Part shown: positions 20,957-29,558 of the stretch, one piece after another
Numbering within the stretch: position 1 is the first letter of the stretch
Layout: every line of letters starts with the position of its first letter
Sequence record: SRR2962707_5052
Direction: 5' to 3' (one strand)
Length of the DNA: 54,391 nt
Position numbers and translations under genes: made by a program
The notes under the pieces: model-generated
Told to the model about the DNA's origin: nothing
Databases searched by the model: none
What the model saw: the letters and a program-made list of their open reading frames with translations, nothing else

Positions 20957-21643
20957 ATGAGTAAATGTGAACAATGTATAGTGCGAAAATTTAGTTCCTT
21001 AAAAAGCTTAGACAAATCAGAATTAATAAGTATTTCTGAATGTAAAACTTCTCAACAAATAGAAAAAGGCTCTTTTCTTTTTGAAGAAGGAGATCATTTA
21101 AATGGAGTTTATTGTATTAAGTCTGGGATTTGTAAGCTTACAAAATTGGCTTCTAATGGAAAGAGTCATATTGTAAAATTCATCAAAAAAGGAGATTTAT
21201 TAGGGCAACGAAGCATTGTTAGTGATGATGCCGTTGGATTATCGGCAACAGCTATAGAAACAATGGATGTTTGTTTTATTCCGAAATCGGAAATACTTTC
21301 TGTATTTAAAAACAATGCTAATTTTTCTGCGAATATAATAAATGACATCTGCTATGATTTAAAATTGGCAAATGAGCATATAGTGCAAATGGCACAAAAA
21401 CCGGTTAAATCTAGGTTTGCTTCTTCATTGCTAAGCTTATATGAAGAATTTGGAGTTGATAAAGAAGGCTTTTTAAAAATATCCCTTTCCAGAGAAGAAT
21501 TTGCCAACATTGTAGGAACAGCTACAGAATCTATGATTAGAATGATTTCCGATTTCTCAAAAAAGGAATTGATTGAGACCGAAGGGAAAAAAATAAAATT
21601 ACTAAATAACGTTAAGTTAGGACTTTTGGCAGAAGACCTCTAG
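20957..21643 (+). CDS. Crp/Fnr-family regulator (FNR-like)
   Basis: N-terminal MSKCEQC, cNMP-binding fold, HTH LSREEFANIVGTATESMIRMISDF; divergent from ccoI (alternative start 20939). Confidence 0.9.
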   Translation: MSKCEQCIVRKFSSLKSLDKSELISISECKTSQQIEKGSFLFEEGDHLNGVYCIKSGICKLTKLASNGKSHIVKFIKKGDLLGQRSIVSDDAVGLSATAIETMDVCFIPKSEILSVFKNNANFSANIINDICYDLKLANEHIVQMAQKPVKSRFASSLLSLYEEFGVDKEGFLKISLSREEFANIVGTATESMIRMISDFSKKELIETEGKKIKLLNNVKLGLLAEDL

Positions 21644-22107
21644 CTTAAGATAGCTATAATTTCATTATGTTTTTGCATTTTTGCATGGTCTAACGCTGTT
21701 AGTCCATTTGCATCTTTAATGGCTTTGTCAGCATCATTTTTAAGTAACAGCTTAATAATTTCTGGTCTCCCAAAAGTAGCAGCAAAAATTAATGCAGTAC
21801 TCCCGTTACCATTTGATAAATTTACACTTGCATTATGAGCAAGGAGTAATTCTGCAATGGTAATATATCCTTTAAAACAAACGCCCATTAAAGCGGTATT
21901 TCCTGAAGCATCTTTTGCATCTATTTCTGGATTGAACTTTAAAATGGTTCTTGCCACCTCATTGTTTCCATAATAAGTTGCCAATAATAAAGGAGTAGAA
22001 CCACGTTGATCTCTCTGGTTTACCAATTCAGAATTTTTGGTAAGCAGTTCTTCTACTTTGTTTAAATCTTCAGATCGGATGGCATTAAATAATTCTTCTG
22101 TTTTCAT
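21640..22107 (-). CDS. Ankyrin-repeat protein
   Basis: GSTPLLLA, GNTALMGV, GSTALIFA, GLTALDHA repeats. Confidence 0.9.
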   Translation of the reverse strand: MKTEELFNAIRSEDLNKVEELLTKNSELVNQRDQRGSTPLLLATYYGNNEVARTILKFNPEIDAKDASGNTALMGVCFKGYITIAELLLAHNASVNLSNGNGSTALIFAATFGRPEIIKLLLKNDADKAIKDANGLTALDHAKMQKHNEIIAILS

Positions 22108-22553
22108 GTGTAATTTTAAGAATAAGTACGCTATTAAAGCACTTCTCTCAAAAGTACAATTTTAGGCTGATAATTGGTGTTGATTTAGATTAGAATTAAT
22201 AATGTAACTATTTATTTTTTTTGAAGTTAATAATGTTTTTCTTTGGAAAAAGGAGCTAAGTAAGATTGAGCAGAGTTGTAAAATACTGATAATCAATAAA
22301 AATATAGAAATAAACTAGAAATAAATAGATTAATCCGAAATAAAGACGTTTCTTTGCACTCAATAGCAATGAAGCACATACAAAATTTGGTATTTTTTAT
22401 CCTTCCGAGAATTTATTATCCCACTTTTTTTTAGACTTTTTGCCACAGATACATAATTTCTTGTAATTGTGTTCTTGTCAATTTTTATAATTGATGTGCA
22501 CAGCCTACATGATTTTATTGTATCGACTTATAAAAATTTAAAATTATTATACA

Positions 22554-22748
22554 ATGAAAGAAGGGACAGTAAAGTTCTTTAACAGAACCAAAGGATTTGG
22601 ATTTATCACTGAAGATGGTAGTAATGAAGATATCTTTGTACACGAAAGTGGTTTAATTGATAACATCAATGAAAACGACAAAGTAAGATTTGAAACCGAA
22701 AGAGGTAGAAAAGGAATGAATGCAGTAAACGTAGAAATCGTTGACTAA
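22554..22748 (+). CDS. Cold-shock protein
   Basis: GTVKFFN..KGFGFI (RNP1), DIFVHESG (RNP2), GRKGMNAVNV. Confidence 0.95.
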   Translation: MKEGTVKFFNRTKGFGFITEDGSNEDIFVHESGLIDNINENDKVRFETERGRKGMNAVNVEIVD

Positions 22749-22762
22749 GCATTTATAAAAAT

Positions 22763-22795
22763 AAAACCATCCTTATTTTGAGGGTGGTTTTTTTT
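22763..22795 (+). terminator. Terminator after csp
   Basis: AAAACCATCCTTA-TTT-TGAGGGTGGTTTTTTTT. Confidence 0.8.
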
Positions 22796-22868
22796 AATTC
22801 CATTTACTGGGGTTTATCTGGCGCTTTTGCGCTCTTGTAATTAAAATGATTTTCGTTTAGCTACTTTG

Positions 22869-22876
22869 TAGATTTG
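22869..22876 (+). promoter_or_regulatory. -7 promoter element of rpsU
   Basis: TAGATTTG, 41 nt before the ATG. Confidence 0.55.
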
Positions 22877-22917
22877 CTCTGAAGTAGTTTTTATTAACTA
22901 TAAATAATATACGCACT

Positions 22918-23112
22918 ATGCTTATAATTCCGATTAAAGAAGGTGAGAACATTGATAGAGCCTTAAAAAGATACAAACAAAAGTATAGAAAAACACAACA
23001 ATTAAAGAAGCTACGTAGCAACCAACACTTCACAAAACCTTCACAACAAAGAAGAGAAGAAGTTGCAAAAGCTATGTACAAGCAAGAATATCAAAGAAAG
23101 TTAGAGGATTAA
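22918..23112 (+). CDS. rpsU: 30S ribosomal protein bS21 (probable paralogous copy)
   Basis: MLIIPIKEGENIDRALKRYK...FTKPS..RR....KA.Y; Bacteroidota-type bS21. Confidence 0.93.
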   Translation: MLIIPIKEGENIDRALKRYKQKYRKTQQLKKLRSNQHFTKPSQQRREEVAKAMYKQEYQRKLED

Positions 23113-23142
23113 CCTCTAACTTTTTTCTTTTTACTCTTATTT

Positions 23143-23940
23143 TTAAGAAGGCATACTATTTATATTCACTACTAAGCCTTCATTTGCTCTGATATTAAAA
23201 ACAGTTTGGTCTTCAAAGATTAAATACTGACCTTTTATTCCTTTTAAAACCCCAGTGTATTCGGGAGTTTTAGATAAATTGAGACTTTTTGGTTTTACAG
23301 GGTATGCTTCCACTGGAAATTCAATGGTTGTTTCTTCATTTTGATTAATAAAATAAGGCAACGCTTCCTCAGGGATGTATTGTTTTAACTGGTCTCTATA
23401 GGCAGCTAAATTTTCGTCTGTAATATCATTTTGGAGCATTTTGCGCCAATTTGTTTTGTCAGAAACGTGGTCTTTTAAGGCAACTTCCATAATTCCCGCT
23501 AAATATCTATTAGGAAGTTCTGCTATTTCAATAGCTTCATGTGCTCCTTGGTCTATCCATCTAGTTGGAATTTGACTCTTTCTAGTAACACCAACTTTTA
23601 TACTGCTAGAATTTGCTAAATAAACAATATGCGGCTGTAATTGGGCTTCTTTTTCGTAAGCCAAATCTCTATCTTCAATATCCAAATGTGCTTTACTTAA
23701 TTCGGGCTTTAAAATCCAATCGGCAGCTTTTGGAGTTTCAAAAAAACAGCTTTTGCAAAATCCTTGTCGGTATATAGGTTTGTCTAAATGACAAGAAAGA
23801 CATTCGAATTTTATAAACTTAATTTGAATCTTTTTATTGAGAAGCTGATTGAAATTTAGGTAGTTGTTTTCAAAGACTAAGTAGTAATTTATTGGTTTTG
23901 TGTATTCAGTTTGCATTTTAGTGAGAACACCTTCGAACAT
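23143..23940 (-). CDS. DUF2797-family protein
   Basis: GVLTKM, CLSC/CKSC, HIVYLANSSSIKVGVTRKSQIPTRWIDQGA, LKGIKGQYLIF. Confidence 0.8.
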   Translation of the reverse strand: MFEGVLTKMQTEYTKPINYYLVFENNYLNFNQLLNKKIQIKFIKFECLSCHLDKPIYRQGFCKSCFFETPKAADWILKPELSKAHLDIEDRDLAYEKEAQLQPHIVYLANSSSIKVGVTRKSQIPTRWIDQGAHEAIEIAELPNRYLAGIMEVALKDHVSDKTNWRKMLQNDITDENLAAYRDQLKQYIPEEALPYFINQNEETTIEFPVEAYPVKPKSLNLSKTPEYTGVLKGIKGQYLIFEDQTVFNIRANEGLVVNINSMPS

Positions 23941-23983
23941 GATAAAAGTTTTTTCCTATTTTTATCAAATATAATTTAAATAA

Positions 23984-25504
23984 ATGTCAATTCCATTATT
24001 CAACTCGATTGCTTCATGGCTTTTAAAAAAGCGTTTTCATCAGATGGAACTTTTTTTAAAATATCCAGGAGAAGTACAAACAGAGGTGCTTATTCAATTA
24101 ATGTCTGTAGCTAAAGATACCGAAATGGGGAAGAAGTATGTTTTCTCCGAAATTGAGTCGTATGCTACCTTTGCCGATCGTGTTCCAATTGTTCGCTATG
24201 AAGATATTGAACCAATGATTGAAAGAGCTCGCAAGGGAGAAAGTAATATTTTTTGGCCTTCAAATATAAAATGGTTTGCAAAAAGTAGTGGAACTACCAA
24301 TGCTAAAAGTAAGTTTATTCCTGTAAGTACAGAGTCGTTAGAAGATTGTCATTTTAAAGCAGGGAAGGATATGCTTTCTCTTTATTTTAATAATAATGAA
24401 GACTCTAAGCTTTTTACTGGAAAAAGTTTAAGACTTGGAGGGAGCAAGGAGCTGTATCAAGATAATAACACTTTTTTTGGAGACCTTTCAGCAATAATTA
24501 TTGATAATATGCCTTTTTGGGCAGAAATGAGTAGTACGCCTAGCAATAAGGTGTCTTTAATGAGTGAGTGGGAAAGTAAGTTGGCAGCTATTGTAGAAGA
24601 AACAGTTAGGGAAGATGTTACAAGTCTTGCCGGAGTACCATCTTGGATGCTTGTTTTGTTGAATGAAGTTTTAGAAAAGACAGGAAAAAATCATCTGTTC
24701 GAAATATGGGAGAATTTAGAAGTATACTTTCATGGAGGAGTAAGCTTTAACCCATATAGAGAACAATATCAAAAAATATTACCACGAAAGAATTTTAGGT
24801 ATTACGAAATTTATAATGCTTCTGAAGGCTTTTTTGCTATTCAGGACCGTAATAACTCGGACGAATTATTATTGATGCTTGACTATGGTATTTTTTATGA
24901 ATTTATCCCGATGGATGTTTATGGAACCCCAAATGAAAAAGTAATTCCACTTTGGGAAACAGAAATAAATAAAAATTACGCTATTGTAATTACCACAAAT
25001 GCGGGTTTATGGCGCTATTTAATTGGAGATACCGTGCGTTTTACGTCAACGTCTCCTTACAGGATCAAAGTAACAGGGAGAACAAAACACCATATTAATG
25101 TTTTTGGAGAAGAGCTAATTATAGAGAATGCTGAGGAAGCCTTACAAAGAGCCTGTAAAGAAACAGGGGCTGAAATAATAGATTATACTGCAGGGCCTAT
25201 TTTTATGCAAGGAAAAGAAAAAGGAGCGCATGAATGGTTGATAGAATTTAGAAAATTACCAGAAGATATTAATGTTTTTGCTGGGGTAATGGACAATGCG
25301 CTTAAAACTCTTAATTCTGATTACGAAGCTAAGCGTTATAATAATATTACACTTAACATGCCAACCATACATATTGCAAGAAAAAATCTTTTTTATGATT
25401 GGTTAAAGAAATACGATAAGTTAGGAGGACAGCACAAAATCCCTAGACTCTCTAGCAATAGGCATTATCTAGAAGAGTTACTGGAAATGAGTAAAGGAAA
25501 CTAA
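23984..25504 (+). CDS. GH3 auxin-responsive-like (acyl-adenylate-forming) family protein
   Basis: FAKSSGTT..KSKFIP, YNASEGFF, GLWRYLIGDTV, GGQHKIPRL. Confidence 0.88.
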   Translation: MSIPLFNSIASWLLKKRFHQMELFLKYPGEVQTEVLIQLMSVAKDTEMGKKYVFSEIESYATFADRVPIVRYEDIEPMIERARKGESNIFWPSNIKWFAKSSGTTNAKSKFIPVSTESLEDCHFKAGKDMLSLYFNNNEDSKLFTGKSLRLGGSKELYQDNNTFFGDLSAIIIDNMPFWAEMSSTPSNKVSLMSEWESKLAAIVEETVREDVTSLAGVPSWMLVLLNEVLEKTGKNHLFEIWENLEVYFHGGVSFNPYREQYQKILPRKNFRYYEIYNASEGFFAIQDRNNSDELLLMLDYGIFYEFIPMDVYGTPNEKVIPLWETEINKNYAIVITTNAGLWRYLIGDTVRFTSTSPYRIKVTGRTKHHINVFGEELIIENAEEALQRACKETGAEIIDYTAGPIFMQGKEKGAHEWLIEFRKLPEDINVFAGVMDNALKTLNSDYEAKRYNNITLNMPTIHIARKNLFYDWLKKYDKLGGQHKIPRLSSNRHYLEELLEMSKGN

Positions 25505-25654
25505 TTTTTCTTTGGAAAAATTAGCTAGATATTGAAAGATAAATGTAGAAGTGTTTTTGTAGAGGTATTAGCTATAAGTTGAACAGACCAACAAAAATTA
25601 TTAATAAATTTAAATAATCAAACTCTAATATGAATCCATAACTGAAGTTGAAAA

Positions 25655-26089
25655 ATGAAATTCCTGATTAACAAACCATATCTGATTTTTTGGACATCTA
25701 TTCCGATAATAATCTTGTTCGGAATTTTGACTAAAGCAGACTCTTTCGGATTTAATATTTACGACACTTATTTTATAATTGCAACTAATGATTTAATAAT
25801 CCTGTTTTCATTCCTTTTTGGAATAATCGGGCTTGGATATTGGACTATGCTGAAAGCAAATAGAAAACTATCCAAATGGCTGAATTTCACTCATATTGTG
25901 CTGACTTTTGGCGGAATTTTGATAATTTGGATTTTATCTCAGCTTTACAGAGAATCGATAGAGGAATTTGATTTTAATGATAATCTGACTTTTGCAATCT
26001 ATTCAATCGCTTTGATTACTGTTTTCGGACAAATAATATATCCGATTAATATTGTAAGCGGATTAATAAAAAGTAAACCCAGTGGCTAA
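25655..26089 (+). CDS. 4-TM membrane protein resembling the C-terminal helices of heme-copper oxidase subunit I, lacking heme ligands
   Basis: FNIYDTYFIIATNDL (cf. HDTYFVVAHFH), KLSKWLNFTHIVLT (cf. LGxIHFWxT), GQIIYPINI. Confidence 0.6.
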   Translation: MKFLINKPYLIFWTSIPIIILFGILTKADSFGFNIYDTYFIIATNDLIILFSFLFGIIGLGYWTMLKANRKLSKWLNFTHIVLTFGGILIIWILSQLYRESIEEFDFNDNLTFAIYSIALITVFGQIIYPINIVSGLIKSKPSG

Positions 26090-26149
26090 CATGTGTATCA
26101 GGTACACCTTATAAAATAATTACTATTTTTTTATAAACACGTTGGCAAC
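26082..26149 (+). repeat. attC-like imperfect inverted repeat
   Basis: GTGGCTAACATGTGTATCA (26082-26100) vs reverse complement of 26131-26149 (GTTGCCAACGTGTTTATAA): 14/19 identical, AAC/GTT core. Confidence 0.55.
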
Positions 26150-26161
26150 AACTTGAAACAA

Positions 26162-26396
26162 TTAAATGTGAATTAATTCAAATGCATAATTATAATCTAT
26201 TAAGCTTTTGCTTTTTTCATTTTCTAGCCAAGCTTTTTCCTCATGGCTTTTCTCCATTATTTGGGTAGCATTATACCCTCTAAATGTACTCACAATAATA
26301 ACTTTTGTGATTATATTCGAATTTTTATTTTCGAAATTCTAAAGTGTTTTTTTTAATTTGTAAGGTCATTTTCTTACCTGTGATTGGACTTTTCGT
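26162..26396 (-). pseudogene. Internally deleted antitoxin pseudogene (MqsA-like N-terminus, SocA/DUF4065-like C-terminus)
   Basis: Reads (ACG)KSPITGKKMTLQIKKNTLEFRK*KFEYNHKSYYCE, then in another frame TFRGYNATQIMEKSHEEKAWLENEKSKSLIDYNYAFELIHI*; start mutated, in-frame stop, middle missing. Confidence 0.75.
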
Positions 26397-26414
26397 AATT
26401 AACTTGTTTTTAGT

Positions 26415-26763
26415 TTAATCCTTAAACGGGAATTCCATAAAGAATTCAGCTTTATGGAAAGAAATGCAAATTGCTTGGTCTGTGATTTGAGAGATAGTCA
26501 GCTTAATATAAATTTGTTGCCCTTTAATTATTTCACCAAAAATCCACATTTCAGTACCTCCTTGTTGAGCTTCCTCTAAAGGACCTTTACTGTAATCCTC
26601 AATTTCTAGATTGAGAATTATTTCTTCACGCATTTTAGCAGTGATATTTATATCTGCAAGATTTTGAATACTATTTTTAGGACGATTGGAGAAGATAATG
26701 CCCCATACTTTAATAATCCTTCAGTTTTTGCAAGAAAGATTTTACAATTGATTTATCTGCCAT
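26415..26763 (-). pseudogene. Frameshifted MqsR-like toxin
   Basis: ATG 26763 MADKSIVKSFLQKLK, frameshift near 26718, then IIKVWGIIFSNRPKN...DYSKGP...MWIFGEIIKGQQIYIKL...ICISFHKAE. Confidence 0.75.
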
Positions 26764-26811
26764 TTTTACGCGTCAAATTCAATCTAAATATAAATGTATT
26801 TTAAATATAAA

Positions 26812-26867
26812 ACACTATAAAGTTGATTTTAAATATATTATATAGTGTAATTTCAACTTTAAAGTGT
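26812..26867. promoter_or_regulatory. Paired quasi-palindromic operators upstream of the TA operon
   Basis: ACACTATAAAGTTGA (26812-26826) and TCAACTTTAAAGTGT (26853-26867) are inverted copies, 14/15. Confidence 0.55.
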
Positions 26868-27083
26868 AGATTAAATTAGCTTATGTCATTCCCTATTAAA
26901 ACACCAACCCATTATAAAATTTCTACTTTAGTTTGTTGCTAAAAGTATCCTATACAGTTGCCCTAATTTTCTTATGAAAGACCAGTAGAAGATTTGTGTA
27001 TCTCTATTTTCTAGTAAAAAATTGGTTGTAATAATTTGATTTATAGTGATTTTACTTCAAAGGTGTTTGCTTGAAAAACCTTT

Positions 27084-28439
27084 TTAGATAAGGTTTAAAA
27101 GTAACCTGATAATTTCACTTTTTTCAGTTTCATTATTCATGATATAAAATTCTTTTAATTTAGAAAGGTCATTTTTATCCCATATTAAATGCTTGTTGTT
27201 CTCAAACCAAGATTTTATATTTTCTGTGGAGAGATTGCAAATTTCTTTTTCTAATACATCATCACCTTTTAATGAGGGTACATTTAATGTTTTGCCTTCG
27301 GTTACATATTTGTCCACCTCTTCTCGAATAGGAACCATATAAGGACTATGAGTGTTGTTTAAAATTATAATAACACTTTTGGTATTTATAAAGCGTTTGA
27401 TATACGATTTATTTCCTGCCCAACTTCCTGTATGATATATAGTTTTGTTTTTTGCTGTTGTATCTGTAATATGCCATCCATAACCATAGTCTGAAGGATC
27501 TTTGCTAGGAGGATGAGGAGTGAAGGCTAAAGCTTTACTTTTTTCATTTAAAAAATTGGGAGTGTGAAGAATGCTATCCCATTTCAATAAATCATTAACA
27601 GATGTTGAAAGTCTTCCCGAGCCATACCTGCCACTTAAAAAGGTGTAATATTTTTTTCCTTTTAATAATTCAGGTTTATCAAAAGAGCAAGTTTTTGGGT
27701 TTAACATGTAGCCAGGAGCATAATTTTTTGCTGTCCAAATATTATCTCGTTCCCAAAAACTACTGTTATTCATTTGGGCAAGTTGGAAAAGATATTCCTC
27801 TAAAAAAATATCAAGTGTTTTACCGCTTACTTTTTTTACTATAACCGCCAAAAGCACAAAACCAGAGTTGGAGTAGTGGTATTTTTCTCCAGGAGTACTC
27901 TCTAAAGGAGGCTTGCTTTCTGTAAAATAATTAAGGATATCTTGGTTATAAGCTATGGTTGTTGTATCCCATTCTTTTTTAAAATATGCTTCATAATCTT
28001 TTAAACCAGAAGTATGCGTTAGTAAATGCTGTATTGTAATTTGATGATACGGAAAGTTATTGCCTAGATATTTATAAGCATATTCATTTATATCTAACTT
28101 ATTTTGTTGAGCTAATATTTGAATAGCAGCAGCAGTAAATTGTTTGGATACCGAAGCAACTTCCATAGCTGTAGAAGGGGTAAAAGGAGTTTTTAATTGA
28201 AAATTAGCAACACCATATCCTTTTTTAAAAATAAGTTTTCCGTCTTTTTTTATAGCAACAGCACCATTAAACATTCCTTTGTTGGTAAGGTCATTAAAAA
28301 AGGAATTTAGGAGACTATCATTTTTGAAAGTATTTTCCGTCTGCACTACTTTATTAATCTCCTTTTTGCAAGCTGTAGAGAAAAGAATAAAAAAACTAGT
28401 ACATAGGTAGAAGAAAATGTTTTTTATATTGTATTTCAT
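27084..28439 (-). CDS. SxxK serine hydrolase (AmpC/AmpH/D-peptidase-like), lipoprotein
   Basis: Lipobox STAC; ASVSKQFT, LLTHTSGL, YHYSNSGF, YHTGSWAG. Confidence 0.87.
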   Translation of the reverse strand: MKYNIKNIFFYLCTSFFILFSTACKKEINKVVQTENTFKNDSLLNSFFNDLTNKGMFNGAVAIKKDGKLIFKKGYGVANFQLKTPFTPSTAMEVASVSKQFTAAAIQILAQQNKLDINEYAYKYLGNNFPYHQITIQHLLTHTSGLKDYEAYFKKEWDTTTIAYNQDILNYFTESKPPLESTPGEKYHYSNSGFVLLAVIVKKVSGKTLDIFLEEYLFQLAQMNNSSFWERDNIWTAKNYAPGYMLNPKTCSFDKPELLKGKKYYTFLSGRYGSGRLSTSVNDLLKWDSILHTPNFLNEKSKALAFTPHPPSKDPSDYGYGWHITDTTAKNKTIYHTGSWAGNKSYIKRFINTKSVIIILNNTHSPYMVPIREEVDKYVTEGKTLNVPSLKGDDVLEKEICNLSTENIKSWFENNKHLIWDKNDLSKLKEFYIMNNETEKSEIIRLLLNLI

Positions 28440-28499
28440 TTCTTGATGTATTATATCATACTGCTAAAAGAATTATCCTTGTTAGCATTAGGGGTATGG

Positions 28500-29558
28500 T
28501 TACAAATTATGATTAGGTATTTTATAGGTAGAAATTTCTTTCCAGTCGACATTTGCAAGTCCGATGCCAGGATTTTTATTAACATGAATAACCCCTTGGT
28601 TAACTTGATGAGCTGTAAAAGGATCGTTTTTTATACCAAGATTGCCATCTAAATCAACCCAATCTGCTAGTGCGCCTAATTGTGCCGCGGCTCCAATAGC
28701 ACATGAAGTTTCCGACATACAGCCTAGCATTACTTTTAGATTCATCATTTTTGCTGTTTGTGCCATTTTGTATGCTTCTCTTAACCCTGTAGATTTCATC
28801 AATTTTATATTAATGCCATGATAGAAATTAGAAGCATTTTTTACATCGGAGAAGCGTTGGATTCCTTCATCGCCAATTATGGGGAGAGGAGAATGTGCTG
28901 CAAGCCATGTAAGGTCATCATAAGAGGTTTTTGGGAGCGGTTGTTCAATAAAAACAGCACCTAACTCTTTTAACCAAAAAGTTTTTTCTAAAGCTTCTTC
29001 TTTAGAATTCCACCCTTGGTTGGCATCAATAAAAAGAGGCTGATTTGTAGCTTTTTTAATGGTGTCAACAATTTCTTTATCATTTTTTCCTCCCAGTTTT
29101 ACTTTTAGAAATTTAAATTTTTTTGCTTCTATTACTCGCTCTTCAATAATTTTAGCAGTATCAATGCCAATTGTTTTACTGGTATAGAGTTCTTTATTTT
29201 TCAATCCAAAATAGGAGTGTAGAGGGATTTTTAAAAGTTGACCAATTAAGTCGTGCAGCGCTATATCAATAGCTGCTTTTATTGCAGGATTGTTTGGAGA
29301 TATAGCATCTATATAATTTAAAATATCTTCTGTATTGAAAGGATTTTTAAAAGTTGATAAATCAATTTTTTTCAAAAAATTTATGGCTGTTTGAAAGCTT
29401 TCTCCATACAGTGGAGGCATAGAAGCTTCACCATAACCTGTATAATTATCAAACTTCAGCTGAATTAAAATTGCAGGGGTGCTAGTTCTAGCACCGCCTG
29501 CAATTCTAAATACATGCTTTTTCTCCAAATTATATGGTTTATATGATAATGAGAACAT
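28500..29558 (-). CDS. Dipeptide (L-Ala-D/L-Glu-type) epimerase, enolase superfamily
   Basis: GYGEA, AAIDIALHD, KVKLG, IDANQGW, IEQP, GDE, NIKLMK, GCMSET, DLDG; ATG overlaps the susD stop (TAATG). Confidence 0.88.
   Translation of the reverse strand: MFSLSYKPYNLEKKHVFRIAGGARTSTPAILIQLKFDNYTGYGEASMPPLYGESFQTAINFLKKIDLSTFKNPFNTEDILNYIDAISPNNPAIKAAIDIALHDLIGQLLKIPLHSYFGLKNKELYTSKTIGIDTAKIIEERVIEAKKFKFLKVKLGGKNDKEIVDTIKKATNQPLFIDANQGWNSKEEALEKTFWLKELGAVFIEQPLPKTSYDDLTWLAAHSPLPIIGDEGIQRFSDVKNASNFYHGINIKLMKSTGLREAYKMAQTAKMMNLKVMLGCMSETSCAIGAAAQLGALADWVDLDGNLGIKNDPFTAHQVNQGVIHVNKNPGIGLANVDWKEISTYKIPNHNL

Larger units (their letters stand above)
25567..26149 (+). mobile_element. Putative solitary integron-like gene cassette
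   Basis: Single ORF whose stop lies in GGCTAAC, followed by an imperfect palindrome ending GTTGGCAAC; degenerate similar boundary ATTAGCTATAAGTTGAA at 25567; no integrase in window. Confidence 0.45.

Noticed and set aside
22236-25527. Direct repeat TTTTTCTTTGGAAAAA(NN)AGCTA at 22236 and 25505 flanking csp-rpsU-DUF2797-GH3
   Set aside because: Low-complexity A/T-rich match plausible by chance; the enclosed genes look like core genes and no recombinase is present
26415-26633. 72-aa ORF as an intact small protein
   Set aside because: It is the C-terminal part of the frameshifted toxin starting at 26763
27084-28439. Class C beta-lactamase resistance gene
   Set aside because: Has HTG rather than KTG, is a lipoprotein and sits in a nutrient-uptake operon; a peptidase or esterase role is more likely
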